From a bacterium (GTDB taxonomy: Bacteria > Vulcanimicrobiota > Xenobia > Xenobiales > JADMJV01), in assembly GCA_030149525.1 (NCBI GenBank), contig JASBRJ010000282.1:14491-78490 (forward strand): a stretch of DNA of 64,000 bases. The letters are read 5' to 3'. The notes under the pieces are model-generated. The model saw only the letters and a program-made list of their open reading frames with translations, was not told the DNA's origin and searched no databases. Each line of letters opens with the position of its first letter. Within the stretch, counting starts at the first letter, position 1. Position numbers and translations under genes: made by a program. Positions 27,082 to 36,330 of the stretch are shown here, piece after piece.

Positions 27082-28053
27082 CTATTCAAGTTGAGCGCGT
27101 TTGTTTGGGGGGGAAACATCGGTGCTCTTGTCTCGTGGATGAGCTCTTTCGTAGACGGCTCGCATCCTTTGCTTGGAGAGATTGGTGTAGACTTGGGTGG
27201 TCTGCAGCGACTCGTGCCCGAGCAGTTCCTTAATGGTCACAAGATCGGAGCCTCCCTCCAACAGATGTGTGGCGAAAGAGTGCCGAAGAGTATGAGGCGA
27301 GGCGTGTTTCTCCAGGCCCGATTCTTTGAGCACTTGAGTGAACATCTTTTCGACTCCCCGTTGAGACAGCCGGGCTCCGTATCTGTTGAGAAAGAGGGCA
27401 CCGGAGGCGTTCTTCCTCGGAGTTGCGTGAAGATACTCGGTGATGGCATCGCAAGCGGTCTGATTGAGGAAGACGACTCGTTCTTTACGTCCTTTTCCGA
27501 TGACTCTCATAGTTCGTCGATGGAGATCGAGATCTCCGACGTCTAGACCGACCAGCTCCGAGAGTCGGATACCGGAAGCATAGAAAAGTTCGAATATGGC
27601 ACAATCTCGCAGGGCCAGATGGGGATTTTTGGTGCTTTTTATGCGCTCTTCTACAGTCTCCAGAAGAAGCTCGATTTCGTTCTGGCTCAGGACTTTGGGA
27701 AGCAACCGAGCCTCTTTGGCCGAGCGGATTCGGCTCATGGGGTTGGAGGCCAGAATCTTTTCCGTTTCAAGGTAAGCGAAATAACCTTTCAGACAGGCTA
27801 TTTTTCGATTCAGGCCGCTGGCTGTGTATTGGCGGTCATGGCGCAAATGAGCCAGAAACTCACGGATCGTGCGAGTGTCCAGTTCCGGGAAGGTCAGTCC
27901 GTCCTGGAAGAGCGGTTCCAGCCACTCGGTAAAGAGACCGAGATCAGACTCATACTCCTCGATAGTTCGACGCCCCAAGGAGCGCTCCACGGAAAGATGG
28001 AGTAGATAGTCCTGAATATAGTAGCCACGGGCTCTGTGAAGATCGTTTTGCAT
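27082..28053 (-). CDS. Tyrosine site-specific recombinase XerC/XerD family
   Basis: C-terminal HTLRHSFATHLLEGGSDLVTIKELLGHESLQTTQVYT (R-H-R-Y catalytic set), N-terminal core-binding domain, ~323 aa. Start at the internal Met (MQNDLHRARGYY...). Confidence 0.85.
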   Translation of the reverse strand: MQNDLHRARGYYIQDYLLHLSVERSLGRRTIEEYESDLGLFTEWLEPLFQDGLTFPELDTRTIREFLAHLRHDRQYTASGLNRKIACLKGYFAYLETEKILASNPMSRIRSAKEARLLPKVLSQNEIELLLETVEERIKSTKNPHLALRDCAIFELFYASGIRLSELVGLDVGDLDLHRRTMRVIGKGRKERVVFLNQTACDAITEYLHATPRKNASGALFLNRYGARLSQRGVEKMFTQVLKESGLEKHASPHTLRHSFATHLLEGGSDLVTIKELLGHESLQTTQVYTNLSKQRMRAVYERAHPRDKSTDVSPPNKRAQLE

Positions 28054-28143
28054 AACGATTTTCTTGTCCCAAACCCCGCCCTGCCCTGCCCTCAAGAGGT
28101 GTTTTTCCGAACCCGACAAAACGGCTCCCTTCGGAGGTGAAGT

Positions 28144-28599
28144 ATGGCTATTTTTAGTTTTGTTAAGCAAGCCGGTCAGTTGGTGAAAGACGGATTGGAC
28201 GCGGCCGCTGCCGCCACCCAGGCCGTCTCTCTGGAGGACATTCAGAAGAAGATTGCGGCCTCGACCTTAGAGGCCAAAGATCTCGCCATGAAAATGGTCG
28301 ACGAAGACACGGTCAAGGTTTACGCTGTTGTTGAAACGGCTCAACAGAAGGAAGAGCTGATTCTTCTGATCGGCAATACCCCCGGAGTCGCCAAGGTCGA
28401 GGATGCGGTGAAGGTTCGCAGCGGCGCCGAAGCGCCCGCCCCCAAATTCTACACCGTCAAAGAGGGAGATACTCTCTCGGCTATCGCCCAATCCCAACTC
28501 GGTTCTGCCGACCGCTACATGGAAATTTTCGAAGCCAACAGAAACACCCTGTCCAATCCCGATGCTATCGATGTAGGACAAACCCTTCGCATCCCTTAG
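28144..28599 (+). CDS. BON + LysM domain protein (YgaU/Kbp-like)
   Basis: N-terminal BON-like region and C-terminal LysM (YTVKEGDTLSAIAQ...DAIDVGQTLRIP). Confidence 0.75.
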   Translation: MAIFSFVKQAGQLVKDGLDAAAAATQAVSLEDIQKKIAASTLEAKDLAMKMVDEDTVKVYAVVETAQQKEELILLIGNTPGVAKVEDAVKVRSGAEAPAPKFYTVKEGDTLSAIAQSQLGSADRYMEIFEANRNTLSNPDAIDVGQTLRIP

Positions 28600-28660
28600 C
28601 TGGGCGCGATTCACTTCAAGCAGCCAGAAGGGGGCCGACAGAAAAGAGGAGTTCTAACCA

Positions 28661-29743
28661 GTGATTGATGAGTCTAAACTAGAGGAAGTCGTGGGTCGAT
28701 TTGCGGAATTGACCGAGCGTATGAGCGACGAGTCGCTTTATGACGACCCGAAGGCTTATCGGGAGGTCTCCGTGGAGCGAGCCGGTTTGGAAGAACTGGC
28801 CACCAAGTCCAAGGAGTTCTTGGAAGCCAAGTCTGCGCTGGCGGAGAATAAGGCGGAACTCTCCAAAGAGTCCGACCCCTCCATGAGCGCCCTCTACAAG
28901 GAAGAGATCCATAACCTGGAAGAGCGGATTGAGGCTCTCAACGACGAGATTCGCGTCTTGCTTCTTCCGAAGGACCCTTACGCCGACAAGAATATCATCA
29001 TGGAGATTCGACCGGCCGCCGGGGGAGATGAAGCGGCGATTTTCGCCGGAGATCTTTTCCGGATGTACAACCGCTACGCCGATTCCAAGGGGTGGTCGGT
29101 TTCCATTCTGGATGCGCAACCGACCGGCCTTAACGGCTATAAGGAGATGGTGTTCGAGATCCAAGGTAACGCGGTCTATCAACACCTGAAGTACGAAAGT
29201 GGTGTTCACCGGGTTCAGCGAGTCCCCGAGACCGAGAGTCAGGGGCGCGTCCACACCTCCACCGTCACCGTTGCGGTGTTGCCGGAAGCGGAAGAGGTCG
29301 ATGAGATTCAGGTCGAGAGCAAAGACCTGAAGGTAGACACCTACCGAGCCTCAGGCGCCGGCGGACAGCACGTCAACAAGACGGACTCGGCGGTGAGGCT
29401 GACTCACCTTCCCACGGGCGTCGTAGTGGCCTGTCAGGACGAGCGCTCTCAGCACCAAAACCGGGATAAAGCTATGCGGATCCTCAAAGCGAAACTTCTC
29501 GATATGGAACGCCAGCGCCAAGAACAGGAGTTGGCAGCCGACCGCAAGTCGCAGGTGGGTACAGGAGATCGGTCGGAGAAGATTCGAACCTACAACTATC
29601 CCCAGAGCCGAGTGACCGATCATCGCATCGGAATGTCGGTGAAGAATCTCTCCGCGGTGATGGATGGAGACTTGGAGCCGTTCTGTCGGGCCTTACAGGC
29701 TCACGAGCAGCAAGAACTTCTGGCAGCCGAGGGCGGCGTTTGA
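28661..29743 (+). CDS. prfA: Peptide chain release factor 1
   Basis: GGQHVNKTDSAVRLTHLPTG and RVQRVPETESQGRVHTS (PxT class-1 RF1 motif). GTG start. Confidence 0.9.
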   Translation: MIDESKLEEVVGRFAELTERMSDESLYDDPKAYREVSVERAGLEELATKSKEFLEAKSALAENKAELSKESDPSMSALYKEEIHNLEERIEALNDEIRVLLLPKDPYADKNIIMEIRPAAGGDEAAIFAGDLFRMYNRYADSKGWSVSILDAQPTGLNGYKEMVFEIQGNAVYQHLKYESGVHRVQRVPETESQGRVHTSTVTVAVLPEAEEVDEIQVESKDLKVDTYRASGAGGQHVNKTDSAVRLTHLPTGVVVACQDERSQHQNRDKAMRILKAKLLDMERQRQEQELAADRKSQVGTGDRSEKIRTYNYPQSRVTDHRIGMSVKNLSAVMDGDLEPFCRALQAHEQQELLAAEGGV

Positions 29744-30642
29744 CCGAGGGAGAGAAGCAAACCGGTCCTTTTCCACCCAGGGTGACCCAGACTGTGGCCG
29801 AGGCTCTTCAATTGGCCGCTAGGCAGTTGGCTGAACAGTCCACCTCGGAAAGCCCGCGCCTCGATGCCGAGGTGCTACTCGCTCACACTGCCAATTGGAG
29901 CCGGACAGAGCTACATAAGCGGATTATGGATCCGCTCCCGGAAAGAGAACGCCATCAGTTCTGGGAACTGCTGGGGCAGAGACGAATCGGCGTGCCTATC
30001 GCTTACCTTGTTGGTTGGAAAGAGTTCTACAGTCGAAGATTCGGTGTTCGTCCCGGTGTCCTGGTCCCCCGGCCGGAAACCGAGTTGTTAGTGGAAAAGG
30101 GCCTGGAGCTTCTCCGGAGGTCTCCCGGAGCGACCCGCATCCTCGACCTCTGTACCGGAACGGGATGTATCGCCGTGACTTTCGCCCTGGAGACCCTCTC
30201 AAGCACTGTGGTGGCAAGCGATGTCTCTCCCGAGGCTCTCGCCCTGTGCACTGAGAATGTTCAATTCTTTGGAGTAGAGGAAAGAGTGGAGGTTGTCCAA
30301 AGCGACCTCTTCGAAAATCTCAAAAATCAGAAATTCGATCTCATCGTGAGTAACCCGCCCTACGTGGGAACCGACGCCGGCCCCAAGCCGTCGAAAGATG
30401 TGGCAACTCATGAACCCGGACTGGCGCTGTTTAGCGGTCGGGACGGCACGGATCATCTGAAAGTTATCGTGGAGAGGGCTCCTGCTCACCTGATCGAAGG
30501 GGGGTCTCTGGTGGTCGAGTGTGCCTCTTTTCAGACCGAGAAAATCGAGGCCTGGATGGCCGATCGTGGTTTCAATCAGACCCGTTTGTGGCACGATCTC
30601 AGTGGTCTACCCCGAGGTGTCTCGGGTAGATGGGAAGGTTAA
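29740..30642 (+). CDS. prmC: Release factor glutamine N5-methyltransferase PrmC/HemK
   Basis: VSNPPYV SAM-MTase motif, located after prfA. TTG start overlaps the prfA stop. Confidence 0.85.
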   Translation: MTEGEKQTGPFPPRVTQTVAEALQLAARQLAEQSTSESPRLDAEVLLAHTANWSRTELHKRIMDPLPERERHQFWELLGQRRIGVPIAYLVGWKEFYSRRFGVRPGVLVPRPETELLVEKGLELLRRSPGATRILDLCTGTGCIAVTFALETLSSTVVASDVSPEALALCTENVQFFGVEERVEVVQSDLFENLKNQKFDLIVSNPPYVGTDAGPKPSKDVATHEPGLALFSGRDGTDHLKVIVERAPAHLIEGGSLVVECASFQTEKIEAWMADRGFNQTRLWHDLSGLPRGVSGRWEG

Positions 30643-30644
30643 GA

Positions 30645-31070
30645 ATGAGTAAAAGTAACCAGGAATTAGAATGGGTTGAGAGATTGGCGAAAACGCTTGC
30701 CGGTCATCAACTCCATGAGCTTGAATTCGAAACAGAGGATGTCTGTCTCACACTCCGGGCCAAGCGCAAAGCCCCGGTGGCTCCGGCCGTAGTCGTTCAA
30801 GCCGCCGATTCAGCAGAAAATCAGGATGTGGAAGAGGCCGACATCACCCTGATCCGTTCAAAAGACGTAGGGCTGTTCCGCCCCGCCAAGGGTCTGGCCA
30901 CAGGAGCGGAGATCGCTGTGGGGCAAAAGATAGGGATCGTGGAAGCGGTATCGGTCGAGCACGATCTGGTCGCCGAACAGTCCGGCACTCTGATGGAGAT
31001 GCTGGTGTCCGACGGTGATCCTGTGGAGTACGGCCAGCCTCTGTTAGTCCTTTCTGAGAGCGAGGTATAG
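30645..31070 (+). CDS. Biotin carboxyl carrier protein-like (AccB-like) lacking the biotinyl-lysine motif
   Basis: C-terminal biotinyl/lipoyl hammerhead aligns to BCCP (VGQK..IVEA....SGT...L...G.PVE...PL), but EAMKMMN is replaced by EAVSVEH. RBS GGAAGG precedes ATG 30645; immediately upstream of accC. Confidence 0.65.
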   Translation: MSKSNQELEWVERLAKTLAGHQLHELEFETEDVCLTLRAKRKAPVAPAVVVQAADSAENQDVEEADITLIRSKDVGLFRPAKGLATGAEIAVGQKIGIVEAVSVEHDLVAEQSGTLMEMLVSDGDPVEYGQPLLVLSESEV

Positions 31071-31073
31071 ACG

Positions 31074-32432
31074 ATGTTTCAAAAAGTTTTGATCGCCAAC
31101 CGCGGTGAGATCGCCCTGCGAGTGATCCGGGCTTGCAAAGAGCTTGGTATTCAAACGGTGGCTATTCATTCCGACGTAGACCGGGAGACCTTGCCGGTTC
31201 TCACCGCCGACGAGAGAGTGTGTGTTGGGCCGGCTCCCTCCATGAAGTCGTATCTCAACATCCCTCAAATTCTGACCGCGGCGAAGCTGACCGAAGCCGA
31301 TGCCATTCACCCTGGATACGGGTTCTTGGCCGAGCGGGCTGAGTTTGCCGAGATCTGTGAGGAGCACGGAATCAAGTTCATCGGCCCCTCGGCGCGAGCT
31401 ATCAGTCTCATGGGCGACAAGGCTGTCGCTCGAAAGACCATGATTGAGAATAAAGTGCCTGTCATGCCCGGCACGGAAGATATTGCCGACGTCGAAATGG
31501 CTAAGAAATTCGGCAAAGAGCACGGGTTCCCCATTATGATCAAGGCCGCGGCCGGTGGCGGTGGGAAAGGCATGAGGGTGGCTCACGACGCTTCCGAGTT
31601 AGAGCGTCTCTTTGAGCAAGCGAGTATTGAAGCCGAGTCGGCCTTTGGAGATGCTCGCATCTACATTGAGAAATTTCTGGCCAAGGCTCGCCATATCGAG
31701 TTTCAGGTGATGGCAGATTCGCACGGAAATGTGATTCATCTGGGCGAGCGTGACTGCAGCGTTCAGCGCCGAAATCAGAAGCTCATCGAAGAGTGCCCCT
31801 CGCTGGTCTTGTCTGAGAAGAAGCGCAAGGAAGGTGGCCAGATGGCCGTTAACGCGGCCAAGGCCTGCAACTATGAGGGAGCCGGAACGGTCGAATTCCT
31901 GTACGACGAAGCCAGCGAGCAATTTTATTTCCTTGAAATGAATACTCGCATTCAGGTAGAGCATCCGGTCACCGAAGAAGTCTGCGGAATCGACCTGGTG
32001 AAAGAACAGATTCGAGTTGCTTCCGGACTTCCGCTCTCGGTTACCCAGGACGAGGTCGTCATGCGAGGTCACGCGATTGAGTGTCGGATCAACGCCGAGA
32101 AGCCCGATGAAGGCTTTCGCCCCAGTGTCGGAACCATAGATCGACTTCATTTTCCCGGAGGCCCGGGCGTTCGCATCGACTCTTATCTGACCTCCGGTTC
32201 AAAGGTTCAGCCCTTCTATGATTCCCTCATAGCTAAGGTGATTACCTACGGGGCCAATCGGGAGGAAGCTCTGACACGCATGAGACGGGTTCTCGACGAG
32301 ATGATCGTTTCGGGGATCTCCACCACAGCAAGTTTCCACCGAGCTTTGCTGGACAACACCTACTTTCTGCGTGGCGATGTCCACACCACATTCGTAGAGA
32401 CAGAGTATCGAGGCGAGGAAGTTGGCGTCTAA
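31074..32432 (+). CDS. accC: Acetyl-CoA carboxylase biotin carboxylase subunit
   Basis: MFQKVLIANRGEIALRVIRACKELGI...ATP-grasp...EMNTRIQVEHPVTE is the canonical biotin carboxylase sequence. Confidence 0.93.
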   Translation: MFQKVLIANRGEIALRVIRACKELGIQTVAIHSDVDRETLPVLTADERVCVGPAPSMKSYLNIPQILTAAKLTEADAIHPGYGFLAERAEFAEICEEHGIKFIGPSARAISLMGDKAVARKTMIENKVPVMPGTEDIADVEMAKKFGKEHGFPIMIKAAAGGGGKGMRVAHDASELERLFEQASIEAESAFGDARIYIEKFLAKARHIEFQVMADSHGNVIHLGERDCSVQRRNQKLIEECPSLVLSEKKRKEGGQMAVNAAKACNYEGAGTVEFLYDEASEQFYFLEMNTRIQVEHPVTEEVCGIDLVKEQIRVASGLPLSVTQDEVVMRGHAIECRINAEKPDEGFRPSVGTIDRLHFPGGPGVRIDSYLTSGSKVQPFYDSLIAKVITYGANREEALTRMRRVLDEMIVSGISTTASFHRALLDNTYFLRGDVHTTFVETEYRGEEVGV

Positions 32433-32874
32433 AGGTTCTGAAGTCAGCCCTCGAAGCCGGGCCAGGGTTCTGGCAATATCGGGGCTCTACCAGCTTGATC
32501 TTTTGAGTAAATCCCTGACCGATGTGATCAAAGATGTGCGAGACGGGGTGAGTGATGAAGAGGAGACTCTTTATTACCTCACTGAGACCGAAAGGGCGGC
32601 CGCTCTCGACTTTTTTGAATCGCTTCTGAGAGGTACCTGGGACAACAGAGAAGTGATCGACGAGCAACTCAGAGAAAGGCTGGAAAACTGGTCTTTGGAG
32701 AGAGTTGGTCATTTGGAGCGAGCTATATTAAGATTAGGTTGTTACGAGATTCTCCATCGAGACGACATACCTCGCAAGGTATCGATCAACGAAATGGTGG
32801 AATTAAGCAAAAGTTTTTGCGACATGAAGTCGAAAGACTTTATCAACGGGGTATTAGACTCGATTACCCCGTAA
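32422..32874 (+). CDS. nusB: Transcription antitermination factor NusB
   Basis: RSRARVLAISGLYQLDL...NWSLERVGHLERAILRLGCYEIL...INEMVELSKSF...FINGVLD NusB signature. Confidence 0.8.
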   Translation: MASKGSEVSPRSRARVLAISGLYQLDLLSKSLTDVIKDVRDGVSDEEETLYYLTETERAAALDFFESLLRGTWDNREVIDEQLRERLENWSLERVGHLERAILRLGCYEILHRDDIPRKVSINEMVELSKSFCDMKSKDFINGVLDSITP

Positions 32875-32890
32875 ACGATAGCGGGACCCT

Positions 32891-35305
32891 TTGACCAAAC
32901 AAGAGCGAGCAAAAAAGAGAAGAAAAGGTTGCCTTCGGGCCCTTGTTCTTCTCTTTTTGTTAGCCTTGGGAGCGGCCGTGGCGTGCTTTTTTATCGGGCT
33001 TTCCATCCTCAAACATTTTTCGCGGGGATTGCCCGATGTCAGTGCGCTTAAGGGCTACGAACCCAGCCAGACGACTCGAATTCATGCCAGCACCGGCGAG
33101 TTGATCGCCACCCTTTTTAAAGAGAATCGCACCTATAGTAAAATCGATGAGATCTCTCCCTACATGCTCGACGCCATGGTGGCCGTTGAGGACTCCCGAT
33201 TTCGTGAGCATATAGGGGTCGACCCACGAGGCGTGGTCCGGGCCGCAGTTTACGATCTCAGGCATAAAGGTGCGCACCAGGGGGCTTCCACCATCACCAT
33301 GCAGTTGGCTCGGAATCTTTTTCTCAATCCAACTCGAACCCTGGAGCGAAAAATTCGAGAGGTTTTACTCTCTCTTGAGATTGAAAAGAAATTCACGAAG
33401 AATGAGATTCTCGAACTCTATCTGAATCAGATCTACTTCGGTTCCGGTGCCTATGGAATCGCCGCCGCGTCCGATCTTTATTTCGACAAGAAACCCTCGG
33501 AATTGACTATCGCTGAAGCCAGTCTGCTGGCGGGGTTGCCCCAAGCCCCTAGTGAATTCAGTCCCTTTGTGAGCGTTCGACAAGCCAAGCTTCGGCAAAT
33601 TTCGGTTTTAGGTCGAATGCGGGACACCAACGCCATCACCCAGGCCGAGTACCGCAAGGCGTTGGAAGAGACCAAGAGCTTCCAGTTCGACAAAAAGCGA
33701 GACGACGTTGAGTACGAAGTTCTGGAGTACCCGTACTTTACAACCTTCGCCCTGCGCACGCTCTCGAAGCGTTATTCCGACGAGCTTCTTTACCGCGGTG
33801 GTTTGGATATTCATACGACGCTTGATATCCAGCTTCAGACCAAATGTGAGGCCATTCTTAAACACATGATTAAGACCGATGGTCGCAAATTAGGAGCCGA
33901 TACCGGGGCCATTGTTCTTATCGAAAACAAGACCGGTTATATTCGCGCTCTGGTGGGCGGAACGGGATGGAGCCAGAGCAACCAGTTCAACCGCTCCTGG
34001 CAGGCTCGGCGTCAACCTGGTTCGACGTTCAAGCCCTTCGTTTACGCGGCCGCGCTGGAGAAAGGCTGGACCCCGGATTCGAAGATCGAAGACAAGCCCC
34101 TAACCATCAATCTCCCCGGTGGAGAAGTTTGGAAGCCCAAAAACTCCGACCGAACTTATATGGGCGAGATCGACCTCGCCACCGCGCTCAAGTACAGCCG
34201 AAACGTAGCAGCCGCGAGACTGGCTCAGAAAATAGGCATAGAGAGCATCATTAAACTCGCCCGCCGAGCGGGGATCGAAGAAGAATTGCCGCCTCACCCC
34301 TCGCTTGCCCTCGGTTCCATAGAGATCACCCCCTTGGAGATGGCAACCGCCTACACCATTTTCCCCAACGACGGTATCGGCGTTCAGGCCGTGGCCATTA
34401 AGCAGGTGGTCGACGGGACCGGGGAGGCGGTGGAAGAGCACCATTTCGCCAACAAGCGGGATGTTCTCACCTCGCAGACCGCTCAGGCTATGGTCAAGAT
34501 GATGCGTGGGGTGGTTGAGGAAGGCACTGCAACCAAAGCGGAGTTGGATAAGCATGAGGCAGCAGGAAAGACCGGGACAACCGACAGTTTCCGCGACGCC
34601 TGGTTCGTAGGATTCACAGCCGACTACACGGCTGCGGTTTGGGTGGGAAAAGACGATAACTCTCAGATGAAAAAATCCTATGGAGGAGACCTTCCCGCGC
34701 GAATCTGGAAACAGGTGATGATGAACGCCCTTCGAGGGCGAGAGCCCACCAAGTTTTTCTCCGACCAACTGAACAAGCCCGAGAGCAAAACCTCGGGCCC
34801 GGGTGGAGCCTCCGAGGCAAGTGCAGAGGATGAGGACGCCGCCGTCACGGAGACCAAGCCCAGCGTTATTCTCACTGTTTGCAAGGAAACTCGCTTGCGA
34901 GCTCAACCGGGTTGTCCGGCTATCGTGAAAGTGAATGTCCACGACGCCTCCGACGTGGATTGGTGCCCTCGTCACGCTCAGGAACAGCCTGCCGTCGAGG
35001 ACTGGGTTGACAGCCGACCGGTGGCCGGCAGTCGCCCGAGCGAGACCCAACCATCGCAAGAGCCGGCAGGAGGCTACGATCGGACCCCTCTTCCTGGGAG
35101 CGGCACGAGCGTGCCGGAGCAGAGTCCTGCTCAGGAGCCGCCTGCGCATGATCCTTACAGCAATATGCGGACCGAGCCCACAGACCGATACGAAGGCTCC
35201 GTTCGGCCGGTGAGGCCTTTGGACGGTATCGATTCGGTGGATCCCATATCCAATCCACGACGGGGGAGTCGACCCTCTTCTTCCTTCGATAACGATAGCT
35301 TTTGA
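32891..35305 (+). CDS. Class A penicillin-binding protein (bifunctional glycosyltransferase/transpeptidase, PBP1A-like) with disordered C-terminal tail
   Basis: GT51 motifs (EDSRFREHIGVD, GASTITMQLARN), transpeptidase SGKTGTT/KTG motifs, N-terminal TM anchor, and a ~160-aa P/S/E-rich C-terminal tail. TTG start. Confidence 0.88.
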   Translation: MTKQERAKKRRKGCLRALVLLFLLALGAAVACFFIGLSILKHFSRGLPDVSALKGYEPSQTTRIHASTGELIATLFKENRTYSKIDEISPYMLDAMVAVEDSRFREHIGVDPRGVVRAAVYDLRHKGAHQGASTITMQLARNLFLNPTRTLERKIREVLLSLEIEKKFTKNEILELYLNQIYFGSGAYGIAAASDLYFDKKPSELTIAEASLLAGLPQAPSEFSPFVSVRQAKLRQISVLGRMRDTNAITQAEYRKALEETKSFQFDKKRDDVEYEVLEYPYFTTFALRTLSKRYSDELLYRGGLDIHTTLDIQLQTKCEAILKHMIKTDGRKLGADTGAIVLIENKTGYIRALVGGTGWSQSNQFNRSWQARRQPGSTFKPFVYAAALEKGWTPDSKIEDKPLTINLPGGEVWKPKNSDRTYMGEIDLATALKYSRNVAAARLAQKIGIESIIKLARRAGIEEELPPHPSLALGSIEITPLEMATAYTIFPNDGIGVQAVAIKQVVDGTGEAVEEHHFANKRDVLTSQTAQAMVKMMRGVVEEGTATKAELDKHEAAGKTGTTDSFRDAWFVGFTADYTAAVWVGKDDNSQMKKSYGGDLPARIWKQVMMNALRGREPTKFFSDQLNKPESKTSGPGGASEASAEDEDAAVTETKPSVILTVCKETRLRAQPGCPAIVKVNVHDASDVDWCPRHAQEQPAVEDWVDSRPVAGSRPSETQPSQEPAGGYDRTPLPGSGTSVPEQSPAQEPPAHDPYSNMRTEPTDRYEGSVRPVRPLDGIDSVDPISNPRRGSRPSSSFDNDSF

Positions 35306-35910
35306 TCGACGCGACCTTCGCCCTTCTAACGGGAGGGGAGAGTCGACGTATGGGTGGACCCAAGCATCTCTTGCGACACGGGTCCAGTGGTGCGACCCTA
35401 CTGGATTGGCAGTGGCGGAGAGTAGCCCCTCATTTCCAGCGAGCCGTCTTGCTGAGCGGTCGTACCGAACTCAAAAACTTTACCGAAGCGGTCCAGATCA
35501 CCGACCCCTGTGAGTTTCTCGGTCAAGGGCCTCTGGCAGCGCTCTTGAGCGGGCTGGAAAGCCTTTCCCCAGAGTCGTGGATGGCCGTTTTGGCCGTCGA
35601 TTACCCCTATTTCCCTGTGAAAGCCTTCAAAGAGGCGCAGCATCTGTTGGGAAACCATGACGGGCTGGTCTTTTGTGAGCAAGACTCCCGGCGCCATTGG
35701 CTTTGCGCTTACTATCACGCCAGGCTCGCCCTACCGTTGAGGGACGCACTCAACCAAGGAGAGCGTGCCGTGAAGAAATTCATGGCACAACAGAATATCC
35801 GTTATCACCTGCTCCCCACTCCGCACGGTGACAGCGCCTTTTTGAATCTGAATCGCCCTGAAGATCTCCATCATACCGAGTTTCAACTTTCTTTCAGACC
35901 GCTCCGGTAG
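35302..35910 (+). CDS. Molybdenum cofactor guanylyltransferase MobA-like
   Basis: LLTGGESRRMGGPK matches the MobA LAGGxSxRMG motif; ~200 aa. TTG start overlaps the PBP stop. Confidence 0.6.
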   Translation: MIDATFALLTGGESRRMGGPKHLLRHGSSGATLLDWQWRRVAPHFQRAVLLSGRTELKNFTEAVQITDPCEFLGQGPLAALLSGLESLSPESWMAVLAVDYPYFPVKAFKEAQHLLGNHDGLVFCEQDSRRHWLCAYYHARLALPLRDALNQGERAVKKFMAQQNIRYHLLPTPHGDSAFLNLNRPEDLHHTEFQLSFRPLR

Positions 35911-35933
35911 ATTCATACCAGGAGGTTGGTACA

Positions 35934-36305
35934 TTGACTTTAGTCCGACAGGTTGCAAAATGGTGGAGAATCTTTCGAGTGGGTTCCGGCGCGGGTATCC
36001 AGCGAGAATCGCGAACCGACGGCGCTTTGCGGGTGGTCACTTCCACCATCCCCGGATTTGAAGCCGTCACCAAAAATGTCACCTCAAAGGGCCTGTGCCT
36101 GGCCACGACTCTGGATCTCCCTGTGGGAACAGAACTCGACTTCGGACTAGAGTTCTCCGACAACGGGTTTCCCGTCCGCTTTACCGGTGAGGTGTGCTGG
36201 GTCAGAAAACAGCAGGATGGTCCCATGGAACTGGGCATCAGCCTTGCATCCTCCAACGAGCGATCACTTTCGGTTCTGGAAAAGTACCTCCAGCGAGCCG
36301 CCTAG
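35934..36305 (+). CDS. PilZ domain protein (putative c-di-GMP receptor)
   Basis: QRESR (RxxxR) and NVTSKGLCL (D/NxSxxG) PilZ motifs. TTG start with GGAGG RBS 8 nt upstream. Confidence 0.6.
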   Translation: MTLVRQVAKWWRIFRVGSGAGIQRESRTDGALRVVTSTIPGFEAVTKNVTSKGLCLATTLDLPVGTELDFGLEFSDNGFPVRFTGEVCWVRKQQDGPMELGISLASSNERSLSVLEKYLQRAA

Positions 36306-36330
36306 AGCCTGTCACTAGTGACAGGCTCTA
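36303..36330. terminator. Perfect 12-bp-stem palindrome (AGAGCCTGTCAC-TAGT-GTGACAGGCTCT) between convergent genes, putative bidirectional terminator/operator
   Basis: Read directly from sequence. It overlaps the PilZ stop (36303-36305) and the M16 stop (36328-36330), and is followed by A7 on the + strand. Confidence 0.5.

Noticed and set aside
27082-28170. Tyrosine recombinase as the integrase of an integrated mobile element or genomic island
   Set aside because: The protein is a full-length XerC/XerD-type enzyme with a housekeeping-like motif set. There is no flanking tRNA/att-like direct repeat, no phage or conjugative genes, and no GC-content shift, so it is more likely the chromosomal dimer-resolution recombinase.
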